Assembly (NCBI GenBank): GCA_964016885.1
Contig: OZ024743.1
Location: 46,004,001-46,068,000 of the forward strand
Direction: 5' to 3'
Length of the DNA: 64,000 nucleotides
Source: Eledone cirrhosa
Lineage: Eukaryota
Part shown: one piece after another, positions 12,870 to 27,752 of the stretch
How positions within the stretch are numbered: the first letter of the stretch is position 1
Layout of the letters: each line of letters starts with the position of its first letter
Made by a program: the position numbers and the translations under genes
Notes under the pieces: generated by a model
The model's database searches: none
Told to the model about the DNA's origin: nothing
Seen by the model: the letters and a program-made list of their open reading frames with translations, nothing else

Positions 12870-13781
12870 TTGCTAGAGAACTACATATCATATAATACGT
12901 ACACACACGCAAATGAAAAAGCACATTATTACAACGATGCGTTAGGTAGAGCTGGGTATAGAAATAAAATTAAATACATCGATAATAATAATAATATAAC
13001 AACTAACCATAATCATAACAATTTTAACTATGGTAACAATTTTAACAACTATAATAGAAAACCTTACATTAATTCCGAAAGCCGAAAAAGAAATAGAACT
13101 AGGAACATATTATGGTTCGCTCCTCCTTTCTCATTAAATATTAAAACCCCTATTGCTAAACTTTTCTTTAAAGCTCTTGACAAATGCTTCCCTAGAACAC
13201 ATAGATATTACTCAATTTTTAATAGACATACTATAAAATTAACTTATTCTTCCACCAAAAATTTAGCGCAAAATATTAATAGAATTAATAATAGAAATTT
13301 AAAACCTAACCAAAATACCAATAATAACCCAAGCAATATTCAATCTGATAAATGTAACTGTAGAAATAAATCTAACTGTCCGTTAAATAACAATTGCTTA
13401 GCTAAAAATGTAGTATATAATTGTAATGTAAAAACTAATTTAAATTCATTTAATTATGTGGGATCTACTTCCACAGAGTTTAAATCCCGCTTCAATAATC
13501 ATAAAAATTCTTTTACAGATCCAAACAAAAAATCATCAACTTCTCTATCTAGCCTATTATGGGACCTAAAACTAGAGAACGTTGAATATTCGTTGATTTG
13601 GAATATTATTTCAAAAGCTACTCCTTTTAACTCCTCTTCAGAAAATTGCGATCTTTGTATAGAGGAAATATTCTTTATATTAAAGACCAAACATTCCCTG
13701 AACTTAAGGAATAATTTATTCAGTTGCTGCAGACATAGATTAAACTCAACGTTTAAATATAAATATAAATTTAAAATGTAG
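12870..13781 (+). CDS. C-terminal part of a Penelope-like ORF (RT thumb end plus GIY-YIG endonuclease)
   Basis: RNILWFAPPFS, IFNRHTIKLTYS, CNC..CPL..CL..NVVY..YVGST..FKSRFNNH, CDLCIEE, CRH. True homology starts near 12911; the predicted start lies in the inverted repeat. Confidence 0.85.
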   Translation: MLENYISYNTYTHANEKAHYYNDALGRAGYRNKIKYIDNNNNITTNHNHNNFNYGNNFNNYNRKPYINSESRKRNRTRNILWFAPPFSLNIKTPIAKLFFKALDKCFPRTHRYYSIFNRHTIKLTYSSTKNLAQNINRINNRNLKPNQNTNNNPSNIQSDKCNCRNKSNCPLNNNCLAKNVVYNCNVKTNLNSFNYVGSTSTEFKSRFNNHKNSFTDPNKKSSTSLSSLLWDLKLENVEYSLIWNIISKATPFNSSSENCDLCIEEIFFILKTKHSLNLRNNLFSCCRHRLNSTFKYKYKFKM

Positions 13782-15292
13782 TATATAATTAATTAATTAA
13801 TTTTATTAATATATGAAACCTGTCGATAAATCATTAGATTCCTTCATCTTTTTTTTATTAAACACTCAAGTATAAATATAAATATAAATATGATAAACTA
13901 TTCTAGAGAAATATATTGAGAGCTCTTGAAAGGAGAAAATATTTCCTATTTCTTATTTTTATTTTTTATTTTTTTGTTTTTTTTTTATTTTTTGTTTTTT
14001 TTTAATATTATTTTTTTTTTATTTTTTTTTTTTTTCCTTATTGTTCTGATAGCTTCTCATATTTTCGAAAGTTTATCCTTTCAATATTTTGAGTTAAGTA
14101 TACGTAAGATAAATTTCTATACTAAATCTATTAAACATACTATTATTTTAACTTAAAATATTCTATAATATTTTAAAGTTATATTGCTATAATTATATTT
14201 CCAAATTGTAATATAATCCTTTTGTATTTTATGTACTCAATTATAATATGTACTGTATTGATGTATACTTCTCTCTATGTGTGAGTATATATGTATATGT
14301 GTATATTGACATACATGTACATATGTTCTATGCGTTTTTATGAATATATGTCTGTCTGTATGTATATGTATGCGTGATGCGTATCTACATATTGGCCGAG
14401 GGTACACACACATGTATGTGTATGTATATGTGAGAATTATATGTGTACATGTCCGTGTATATCCATACAGTTTGATTGCACCTATGTATAATGTTTATCC
14501 CAATGATTCCTGACAGATAGACATATAATTAACAGCCATAAATACATAACAGGTAATCTAATATATATATATAAAAAATATGTTATTTAATAACATAAAG
14601 TGTGTATAACATTAAATTAAAGAATCCTTTATGCTTTGTGTGTATATATTATATACGTAGTTAGATATGGTATGTATTTTATAAGTGTGTATATATATTT
14701 GTATGTATTTTGCGTGTGTGTACGTATTATATGATATGTAGTTCTCTAGCAATATGTGGATTTCTTAACGTATAGATCCCAATTTTTAATATATTGATCT
14801 CAATTTTTAAATGATTAACTAAACATCTAATCATATTTAAACAATGACTAATTTCTCATATTATATATGTATATTCCATTCATGATTATTAACATTTCTA
14901 ATTTTATTTATTCATTTCATCCCAATTGTTAAGTTAACTCAACAAGATATGACTTAGTGTTTTCGTTCTCTCCCCTTCTCTCTGTCTCCTCTCTATCTCT
15001 ATATTTTTCTCTCTCTGTTGTTTTGGTATCTCTCTCTCTCTTCTCTCTTTTTTCTTTTTTCTTTTTTCTTTTTTCTTTTTTCTTTTTTCTTTTTTCTTTT
15101 TTCTTTCTTTCTCTCTTCTTCTCTTTCTCCTTCTTTTTCTTTCTCTGTAACCCAACGACTTATTTTAAAAATAAAAATATCCAATACTAATAATAATATA
15201 AGTAAACAACTCCACTATCCGGGAGCTTCCAACAGTAATGGTTGCGTTTTTTAAGGGTATGTCAATATTTATTTATAAAACTGATCTATATT

Positions 15293-15358
15293 GTATTTTG
15301 TCTGATGAAAGCACACCATAATTTAACGTGGTGTCCTTGAAATATGTATAATAAAATA
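15293..15358 (+). ncRNA. Type I hammerhead ribozyme in the Penelope 3' repeat
   Basis: TATTTTGT-CTGATGA-aagcACACCA..TGGTGTcctt-GAAA-TATGTA-TA-ATAAAATA. The inverted copy near 12297-12362 has the core mutated to CTAATGA. Confidence 0.75.
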
Positions 15359-15397
15359 AATATGGTTTTATAAATATAGTTTCCATTTGTTAATATC

Positions 15398-15439
<42 letters not shown>

Positions 15440-15450
<11 letters not shown>

Positions 15451-16475
15451 ATATAGAGAAACACACAGATACATGCAGACACATACATACACATGAATAT
15501 ATCCACATATATCCCTGAGTTAGTGGTACCAATCTCAACCGATGTTGCTCTATGAATAACTGGGACAAACCAATCCGAATGGATTAGACTGATTTAGTAT
15601 CAGAGCTATATAATACATTATGAAGAGAGAAGAAACATTAGATATAATTAGTAATAAGATATATCATCGCGCATCACAGACGTGTTTTGAAACCCTTAAT
15701 GAGGTATCCTCTTGATAAGTCGGCAGACCTCACAAAAACTCTATATCTCTATGATGTAGTGTTTTTGCATAATATGCCACGAAACTACGTAGTCGGGGAC
15801 TATAGAAGCAGTTTAGATATGATATATCTTATTACTAATTATATCTAATGTTTCTTCTCTCTTCATAATGTATTATATAGCTTTGATACTGAATCAGTCT
15901 AATCCATTCGGATTGGTTTTTCCCAGTTATTCATAGAGCAACATCGGTTGAGGTTGGTACCACTAACTCAGGGATATATGTGGATATATTCATGTGTATG
16001 TATGTGTCCGCATGTATCTGTGTGTTTCTCTATATATTGTTTATAACTCCCTTTGGTCGAGTAACCTCTGAAGTGTAGTGACTGCTGGATAGCTACCATT
16101 ACTCATACTTCTCGCCTCCTCAAACCACCTCTTCTACGGCTTTGATATAAATACCCCCTCCGCCTCCGTGGTATTTTTTTCAGGGTTATAAGGGGCTTAG
16201 CTCTGTTTCTTGACCACTGTATCACGTGATTGACTCCCCCTCCGCCCTTTCAAGATTCTATCTCGCGCATCACAGACGTGTTTTGAAACCCTTAACGAGG
16301 TATCCTCTTGATAAGTCGGCAGACCTCACAAAAACTCTATACCTCTATGATGTAGTGTTTTTGCATAATATGCCACGAAACTACGTAGTCGAGGACTATA
16401 GAGGCAGTTTAGCTATGATATATCTTATTACTAATTACTAATTATATCTAATGTTTCTTCTCTCTTCATAATGTG
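15440..16475 (+). mobile_element. Non-coding Penelope-type element: 596-bp partial tandem with inverted 5' segment
   Basis: TCGCGCATCACAGACG at 15667 and 16263; 15440-15667 is the reverse complement of about 15820-16040; (TA)n flanks; hammerhead-like fold at 15740-15806 and 16335-16403. Confidence 0.7.
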
Positions 16476-16523
16476 TATATATATATATTTAAAAGAATAG
16501 AGGTGTAACACACGAGTTATGAT

Positions 16524-18073
<1,550 letters not shown>

Positions 18074-18490
18074 TTATAAATTAAGTTAGGTCTTAGGAGT
18101 TCTTGGTTAACGCAGGAGGTATTGTTTCGTTTTTAGAACGACCTTTCACGCTGAGGTGCGCTTGTCAAACTGATGTGTATGTGGTGTGTTGTTCTATATA
18201 TAGGGATTTGACATGTCTGTGGTGTGGTGGAGGGGGGTTTCTCCCCCTGTTTAATAAGTGTATGGGTGTAGGTGTGTTGAAAAAGTGTTAATAGCAGTAA
18301 TGAGTTGAGACGGTGAGTAGGGTTGGGTGGGGAGAAATGTAGCAAGTGCGGCCTGCCCCGGTCATTCTCGAAAAATTCCTTTATTCAGGGGATTCCTTTG
18401 TGTTGAGAATGGTCACAGGCAAATCGCACCTGCCAAGTTTGTAAACAATTATTTTTTTCTGAAGAATTTTTCTACGTCCAACTACTAGCA

Positions 18491-20391
18491 TTGAACAAGC
18501 TACAAAGGGATTCCTCAATAATAATAAAAGAAGCAGACAAAGGTGGAGCAATCGTCATCATGGACACAAACCACTACAAAGATATGATTCTAGCACACTT
18601 GAATGACGAAAACTTCTACAGGAAAATCACTAAAAACGAAGAAAGGAAATCGAGGAACCAAATAGGCAAACTAACAACAAAGTACCAAAACAACCTAACA
18701 CCAAAAGAAGTAGATTACCTAACCAACTTCGAAATGAAAACCAGCAATTTCTATGGATTACCAAAAATTCACAAATCCATAGAAATCCAAAACAACATAA
18801 AAGGGAAAAATACATCATACATCGAAGCGCCAAAACCGACAGACTTAAACTTACGCCCCATTATTGCTGGCCCAGCCTCAAGCACACAACGTCTTAGCAG
18901 CCTATTAGACATCATACTCAAACCCCTATGTAAAAAAGTTCCAAGCTACATCAGAGATGATATGGAATTCCTTAACTATATCCCCCAAAAAGTACACCAG
19001 GATACAATCCTAGTCAGTTTTGATGTAATAAGCCTGTACACTAACATCCCACACGACCTAGGGATTGAAGCTGTGGACTTCTGGATTACAAAACACTCAA
19101 GTCACATTTCAGAAAGATTCCCCAAAGAATTCATCTTGGAAGGACTTAAATTAGTATTGGAAAACAACCACTTCCTCTTTGACAACTTTATCTACAAATA
19201 AAAGGAACAGCCATGGGTACCAAAGTGGCCCCTACATATGCAACGCTCGTTATGGGTCACTTAGAGGCAAAATTATATTCCCAACTACAGATAACATTCA
19301 GTCACGACTTCGCCTTCTACATTAATAAAAACTGGAAACGTTACCTAGATGACTGCTTCATCTTCTGGAACAGAAGCCAAACAGACCTACAAAAATTTTA
19401 TTCGATCTTAAACAGGCTTCATGAAGCTATACAATTCACTATGGAATGTAACGAAAAGGAACTGCCCTTTCTAGATATCCGCATCATTAAAGAAGGGGAA
19501 AATATCATAACGGACCTATTTTTCAAACCCACTGACACACACCAATACTTAAATTTCCGGTCAGCACACCCCTCACATACGAAAAGGAACATTCCCTTCA
19601 ACATGGCAAGGCGCATCTGCACTATAGCAACACACCCCGTACTACAAGAAAAAAGATTATGTGACCTGAAATAATTCCTTAAAAAACAAGAATACCCGAT
19701 GAAACTCATCAACGCAGCCATCTCCAAGGCTAAGAACATCCCAATAACAACACTGAGAAAACCAAACCCACAACATAAAAAAGAAAACCCTGCTATCTCT
19801 TTTGTCATCACTCACAACCCAGGGAACATCAACATTGTGAAAACTGCTAAGCAGTATCTCCCGATTCTACAGCAATCTACCAAAATTAATGCACTCTTAA
19901 AAAACACACAGATAATTTATAGCAGACGCCAAGCACCCAACCTTAAAAAACTAATTACCAAGGCAAAATTTACGACCAACATGGAATCAATGCAAGTGAC
20001 GAAATGCGGGGACCCTAGATGTGGAACCTGTGAACTCATCGAAGAGGGCAAACAGTTGTCCTTCAAAAACCATGATAATTTCAAGGTCAATGCAAACATG
20101 AACTGCAAAACGAAAAACCTAATATATTGCGCAACATGTCCACAGTGTAAAGAGTATTACATTGGGGAAACCGGAACGGGATTACATGATAGAGTCCGGG
20201 TACATAAACAACAAATTAAAGACCCCACAGTCAGAAATACCACATGTAGTGCACACTTTGCATCATGCGGGAAGGGAAAATTCACAATATTCCCTTTCTT
20301 CAAGATATGGTCGGATAACGAACATTTCCGCAGATATAAAGAAGAATTCTTCATTGAAAAATTTAAACCACTACTGAACACGAAAAAATGA
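18491..20391 (+). pseudogene. Penelope-like RT plus GIY-YIG ORF (one frameshift near 19195, one stop at 19672)
   Basis: ADKGG, FYGLPKIHK, RPII, FDVISLYTNIP, GTAMG, RYLDD, LPFLD; C..PRC..C linker; [18 protein letters not shown]. Confidence 0.92.
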
Positions 20392-20469
20392 ATTAACACT
20401 CGGAGGTAAAATTCCATTTCACTACCCCCCCCCCCCCCTCTTCTTATGTGTACACATGAATATCTAAGT

Positions 20470-21840
<1,371 letters not shown>

Positions 21841-21938
21841 TGAACAAAGGACTAATTTTGGGATGGACGTAGAAAAATTCTTCAGAAAAAAATAATTGTT
21901 TACAAACTTGGCAGGTGCGATTTGCCTGTGACCATTCT

Positions 21939-22090
21939 GAGCGGTCCTTCGTTCAGGACGCTCCAAGGAATCCCTGTCAAGCAGCGTCTGTACGTTCCAG
22001 CAGCCAAGACTAAATGCCTTGTTTGGCTCTATTACAATGGCACGATGACGAGCGGGCCCAGGCTGTGATAACTTGAGGCCCCTGCCCTTA
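21939..22090 (-). pseudogene. RTE/BovB-type LINE fragment (N-terminus of APE endonuclease)
   Basis: Translation SLGCWNVQTLLDRDSLERPERRTA matches the WNVxTL..RPERRTA start of RTE-clade ORFs. Confidence 0.7.
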
Positions 22091-22229
22091 TTGCCAATGA
22101 TCTCTTTTGTTCCATAACCTAAATTGCCAATTATCTCTTTTACATTGTTCTGGAACATCATTGAACTGGGAAAAAAAAAAAAAAGTAATAATAATAGTAA
22201 TAATAATAATAATAATAGTAGTACACTAT

Positions 22230-22504
22230 TAATAATTATTAATGCACTCGTGCAATGCCTGTGCGTGACGAATATTTTTAAAGTGAGGAAAGACTGTGCA
22301 CTGAGCCAATCCCACTCTCTGAGCGACAGTAGCTATAACCCGAAAAGAAGAAAAGATCAACATCATCGGTAACTACTGAGCCGCAGGTTTTATATCGGAG
22401 TTAACCCAGTTTCCTGAGATGCCTTCTCCTAGAAGAATGCCCTGACAAGGGCTAGGGGTTCTTCACTCCCAGTGGTTTAACTGCGCGATCGGGCATCCAG
22501 CCCG
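22230..22504 (-). mobile_element. Short non-coding element with an RTE-type 5' UTR motif
   Basis: Minus-strand motif CCTAGCCCTTGTCAGGGCA..CTAGGAGAAGG, shared with 25290-25328; bounded by ATT/TAA runs. Confidence 0.4.
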
Positions 22505-22648
22505 ATTATTTTTATGTCTCCGCGCAGAAAAAAAAAAACTCACTTATTGACACTTATACGTACGACATACACACACACGCATACATATGCGCGCACACAG
22601 CAACACATACATACAAACAAACAAACACACACGCTACTCTATTCACTT

Positions 22649-22727
<79 letters not shown>

Positions 22728-22883
22728 GGAATAAATGCTCTGAAATAGCGATATATATGTGAGTATAGACATAGAATATTCGAAAATATTCTGTATGTTT
22801 ATAATAAACATTTTGAAGACCTAATCGCTATAGAATAGAATACGTCACGTATTACAATTAGATTCTCGATAAAAGCAAGGGAA

Positions 22884-22926
22884 GTAATCTACGCGTTTCA
22901 TTCTTGTTAGAATTCATCAGGACTAC
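22884..22926 (-). ncRNA. Type I hammerhead ribozyme (inverted copy)
   Basis: Exact reverse complement of 23356-23398. Confidence 0.88.
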
Positions 22927-23355
22927 ATATCCAGTGCTTTTATCGAGAATGACACAGCTAGAGACTTATAGAATACTTAGCTGTGTACTGGAACTGGTTT
23001 GAAAGAGCGGTTGCCGGTCCGGCAGAAATTAGAAATTGGAATAAATGCTCTGAAATAGCGATATATATGTGAGTATAGACATAGAATATTCGAAAATATT
23101 CTGTATGTTTATAATAAACATTTTGAAGACCTAATCGCTATAGAATAGAATACGTCACGTATTACAATTAGATTCTCGATAAAAGCAAGGGAAGTAATCT
23201 ACGCGTTTCATTCATATATATCGCTATTTCAGAGCATTTATTCCAATTTCTAATTTCTGCCGGACCGGCAACCGCTCTTTCAAACCAGTTCCAGTACACA
23301 GCTAAGTATTCTATAAGTCTCTAGCTGTGTCATTCTCGATAAAAGCACTGGATAT

Positions 23356-23398
23356 GTAGTCCTGATGAATTCTAACAAGAATGAAACGCGTAGATTAC
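23356..23398 (+). ncRNA. Type I hammerhead ribozyme
   Basis: GTAGTC-CTGATGA-ATTC taacaa GAAT-GAAA-CGCG-TA-GATTAC; stem I extended by the 16-bp pair ATTCTCGATAAAAGCA/TGCTTTTATCGAGAAT. Confidence 0.9.
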
Positions 23399-23665
23399 TT
23401 CCCTTGCTTTTATCGAGAATCTAATTGTAATACGTGACGTATTCTATTCTATAGCGATTAGGTCTTCAAAATGTTTATTATAAACATACAGAATATTTTC
23501 GAATATTCTATGTCTATACTCACATATATATCGCTATTTCAGAGCATTTATTCCAATTTCTAATTTCTGCCGGACCGGCAACCGCTCTTTCAAACCAGTT
23601 CCAGTACACAGCTAAGTATTCTATAAGTCTCTAGCTGTGTCATTCTCGATAAAAGCACTGGATAT

Positions 23666-23708
23666 GTAGTCCTGATGAATTCTAACAAGAATGAAACGCG
23701 TAGATTAC
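23666..23708 (+). ncRNA. Type I hammerhead ribozyme (second direct copy)
   Basis: Same sequence as 23356-23398, 310 bp downstream. Confidence 0.9.
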
Positions 23709-23830
23709 TTCCCTTGCTTTTATCGAGAATCTAATTGTAATACGTGACGTATTCTATTCTATAGCGATTAGGTCTTCAAAATGTTTATTATAAACATACA
23801 GAATATTTTCGAATATTCTATGTCTATACT

Positions 23831-23871
<41 letters not shown>

Positions 23872-23979
23872 CCGTCATTACTGATACAAGATTACAAGAT
23901 TATGTCAACTGTTGACTTTCAAGAGTTTGTATAGTTGAAGCCGATCATATTACAGTCCAGTATTACTATAATTGCTTTA

Positions 23980-24130
23980 CAGCATAGAGTTATGGCTCCC
24001 CACTCTCTGAGCTCAAATCCCGCCGAGATCAACCTTGCCCTTCATCCCCACGGAGTCAACAAAAGAGAGTACCAGTGATGCGCTGGGCCAGTCACTGGAT
24101 CCGTGCCAAAGGCAGAAAAATTATTATTAA
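23980..24130 (+). mobile_element. tRNA-type SINE, partial and diverged
   Basis: B-box-like GAGCTCAAATCCC, central CCTTCATCC..GTACCAG block, ATT tail; aligns by eye with 44212-44429. Confidence 0.7.
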
Positions 24131-24916
24131 AGTTGTTTTCTTAAGGCCCGGTCGCTGGTGATGGTGATGGCGGCGGCGGTGGCGGTGGTGGTGGTGGTGG
24201 CAGTTGATGTTGTTGTTGTGTTGTGTGCGTGTGTGTGTGTGTGTGTTTTGTTATTTTGAGTTTTTTTTTTTCCTTCCCTTTTCTTTTCTTTTCTTTTCTT
24301 TTCCCTTCCTTTTTTTATGTTTTGATGCCGCTGTTGTTGTTGTAAATGTTCATTTCAGTTCATTCTGAAGCTGTTGTTGCTGTAAACATTAGTGCCGGTG
24401 TTGTTGTTGTTGTAGATGTTGGGGTTGAAATCTGGTCGTTTGACTGAGTGATGTATATACACACATATACATACACACATATATATATATATATATATAT
24501 ACACATTCAACAGAGAGTAGAGAGTTTGACAACAAGTCGATGACTTTAGTCTAGATAGGGTATGGTATGGTAAGGTAATGACATATGATGGTGGGGAGAG
24601 AGTGTAGACGTTATTGTGGTGGTGGGGACAGTGAGATGTATCTAGTTCATTTGACCGTTTTCTTCTCTTTGCAAAATTTGAATTTTAGCCATATTATATT
24701 GAGATGTAAGTAAATGTAAAATGTAAGATATAAATAAGGATTGCTCTGCTAAAATATACTAAAATATTTGTGTAACTTCCACAAACTTCTGTCGTGACAT
24801 TCCCGAGTCCAGTGACCAAAAAGTTGTTGTATTTTGATGTTTCAGAATACAAAAATTAATTAAAAACTTACCCCACGAAAAGACAGCGTGTGTTGTCCTA
24901 TCTATAAGCTCCCTCA

Positions 24917-25330
24917 TACATACATACATGGTGGCTGCCAACTCGTTTTCGAGTACGGCCACTACTTTATATCCATGTAGGAGAACCCCTACCGATGCGC
25001 TGAACGAATGTGACTTTTTAGTCCAGCCAGCGACTTGAAAACTCTGGTACAAAGACTACACTTGTGACCATTATTGACACATAGTGCAGGGCCCATGGTA
25101 CCATGTGATGACAAGTGCAGAGAGATCTCCAGATGTAAAGCAATGCCTGTGCTGTGAAGCTTTTATAGTGAGCAAAGGCACTGCACAAAGCCAGTCCCAC
25201 TCTCTTAACCAAGATGATATTTACCAAAAAGAAGAACAAGTCAACATCATTGGATACCATCAGGGTTGCAGGTGTTATATCAGAGTTTTCCTTCTCCTAG
25301 AATGCTGCCTTGACAAAGGCTAAGGGGTCA
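24917..25330 (-). mobile_element. Short non-coding retroposon with RTE-type 5' motif and (TATG)n tail
   Basis: Minus strand starts CCCTTAGCCTTGTCAAGGCAGCATTCTAGGAGAAGGAAAACTCTGA and ends GCAGCCACCATGTATGTATG; CATA repeats on both sides. Confidence 0.5.
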
Positions 25331-25354
25331 TACATACATACATACATACATACA

Positions 25355-26854
25355 TCGGAACTCTCTGTGCAAAACAAAACAGTGGCTCACAATGTGTTTG
25401 CTGTGCCTGTCCTAATACCAACGTTTGGAATACTCAATTGGACGATAGAGGAAATCCGAGCAATTGATGTTAGAACTCGAAAAATACTGAACAACACCAG
25501 AAACTTCCACATCAACAGTGACATAGACCGCCTTTACTTGAAACGTAAGCAGGGAGGAAGAGGCCTAACATCAGTCCAGACAACATTTGAATGTCGCATC
25601 ATATCTCTCCGACATCTACGAACCTCGAAGCGTAGGAGCCCGTTTCTCGAGCAAGTCTATCTGCATGAAACAGATAAGATCATGAGAGTTGAGAAGGAAC
25701 TCCTCGAGAGATATTCCCTGTGATAATCAAAAGCTCACACCCAGGGATGTCGCTCAGCAGTATCGCAGTGAATCCATGGATGAAAAACTGCATGCTTATC
25801 AGCAAAAGATCATGCATGGATATGTTGTCAGGAAGCTCCAGAGTGAGAGTAATATAGATAAGGAAAATAGTCTATCTTGGACCAACAACCGCTATATTGG
25901 CTCCCACTTTGAAGCATACACTTTTGCAATCCAAGAGCAGGAAATCAAAATGAAAAACCTGATTGACAAAGATATCACCTGATGACGAAGATGTCACCTA
26001 TGTCATAAGCAGCTGTCCAAAGATGTCATCACAGTACTATCTACCTATGAGGCATGATGTAGTGGCCAAAACACTGTACGATGTAATCAGTAGAAAGGAT
26101 AGCCCCGATAATAAACACATTAAAAGCTACAGCAATGTGAAAGACATACATATACATAATATGAAAGAATACTTGTGGAATGTTCCAGTAAAAACCCCAA
26201 TAAAATGCAGGCATAACAGACCAGATATTATGATATGGGACAGGGAAAAGAAGGCATGCACAGTAGTAGAAGTTAGCTGCCCAGCAGATGCCAATATAAT
26301 ATCAAAAATGAGCGAAAAGGAGAACATTTATGCAGAACTGATGAGAAATCTGCAGATACTCCACCCTGATTACACCTTCAGATTTATGCCTGTGATTATT
26401 GGGGCACTGGGATATGTTAGTAACTGCCTCAATACAAATCTTGAGAAGCTGGGCTTCACGGGAACAGAAAGAACACAACTAGTTAGGAAATTACAAGTAC
26501 AATCCATTAATGGAACAGTAAATGTATGTAAAACATTCCAAACATTTTGCATCTAATAACTGCATATACACATGTACAGTTACTAAGCATATTCACATGC
26601 ACACATACAACTCAAAACATACACATCCACACATACAATAACATCCAATTCTACACATGCATGCATACATATCTACCTAGTTGATGTTGTGTAAATTCCA
26701 ATGAGAGTGCCTTGTATCTCTGTTAGAAACAGAGTCTCTCTCTATCGGTAAAAATTTGTGAAATTATAAAACCAGAAGAGCATACATACATACATACATA
26801 CATACATACATACATACATACATACATACATACATACATACATACATACATACA

Positions 26855-26884
<30 letters not shown>
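25355..26884 (+). mobile_element. R4-clade RLE retrotransposon, 5'-truncated, in (CATA)n
   Basis: ORF pieces with DIDRLYLKRKQGGRGL, AIQEQ, RHD, RPDIMIWD..VEVSCP and PVIIGALG; (CATA)n at the 5' junction and as the tail 26781-26884. Confidence 0.85.
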
Positions 26885-26886
<2 letters not shown>

Positions 26887-27039
26887 ATTCTAATCTGTTC
26901 ATTATGTGAAAATATTTTTGATGTTTCTCTATTTGGAAGGTTTCTCGTGTATGGTAGCAGAAGAGAAGCACTAGCTATATAACAGAGTTATATAGCAGAC
27001 TAGAGTCAGAATAATGAGGTGGTGGGGTGGGGGGAGATG

Positions 27040-27245
27040 GGAGAAGAAGAAGAAGAAGAAGAAGAAGAAGAAGAAGAAGAAGAAGAAGAAGAAGAAGAAG
27101 AAGAAGAAGAAGAAGAAGAAGAAGAAGAAGAAGAAGAAGAGACGGGTGGGGAGAAGGAGGAGGGGGAAGAGGATGAGGAGGAGGAGGAGGAGGAGGAGGA
27201 GGAGGAGGAGGAGGAGGAGGAGGAGGAGGAGGAGGAGGAGGAGGA
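27040..27245. repeat. (GAA)n and (GAG)n polypurine microsatellites
   Basis: Directly visible. Confidence 0.97.
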
Positions 27246-27342
27246 TGTAGCCTTCCAGTTTTGTAAAAGGTGAGGCGATAGGTAAGTACCAAAATCTCAA
27301 TTTGTAGAATTGCAGGGAGTTACAAGTGATACCTGTTATAAT

Positions 27343-27527
27343 TTTTTCTACTTTTGGCACAAGGCCAGCAATTACCCAGTACTTTACTGGTACTTTATTT
27401 TATCGACCCCGTAAAGATGAAAGGCAAAGTTAACCTCGACTGGATTTGAACTCAGGCTGTAAAGGGACGTAACTATGCTGGAAAGCATGGCGTCCGACCC
27501 TCTACCGATACTGCCAAACCACCGCCA
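27343..27527 (-). mobile_element. tRNA-type SINE with 14-bp target site duplication
   Basis: Reverse complement of the 44212 family; TSD ATACCTGTTATAAT at 27329-27342 and 27528-27541. Confidence 0.85.
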
Positions 27528-27541
27528 ATACCTGTTATAAT

Positions 27542-27752
27542 GGTTTCAAGTCAAGACAGAAGGTCTGTAATTTGTGGAGAAGGGGAAGTTCAATATATCG
27601 GCCCAGTATTTTACTGATGCTTTATTTTATCGACTTCGGAAAGATGGAAGGCAAAATTGACCTCAGTGGGATTGGAGCCGGAGTGTAAAGAATCAGAATA
27701 AATACTGTGAAACATTTGTCTATCACTCTACCAATTCTACCAATCCACCACC
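27542..27752 (-). mobile_element. Older SINE copy whose 5' end runs into the minisatellite
   Basis: TTTTATCGAC..GATGGAAGGCAAA central block; head reads GGTGGTGGATTGGTAGAATTGGTAGAG on the minus strand. Confidence 0.75.

Larger units (their letters stand above)
22727..23835 (+). mobile_element. Retrozyme-like array: 310-bp unit, two direct copies plus ~1.6 inverted copies, in (TA)n
   Basis: Minus-oriented copies start at 22727 and 23037; plus-oriented copies at 23213 and 23523; copies appear identical; no ORF; one hammerhead per unit. Confidence 0.9.

Noticed and set aside
13805-13850. Possible SECIS after the Naiad-like ORF
   Set aside because: ATGA..AAA..GA spacing is too short on the 3' arm and the stem is poor.
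26971-27360. Poly-E/K/R/P/L ORFs
   Set aside because: (GAA)n and (GAG)n microsatellite translations.
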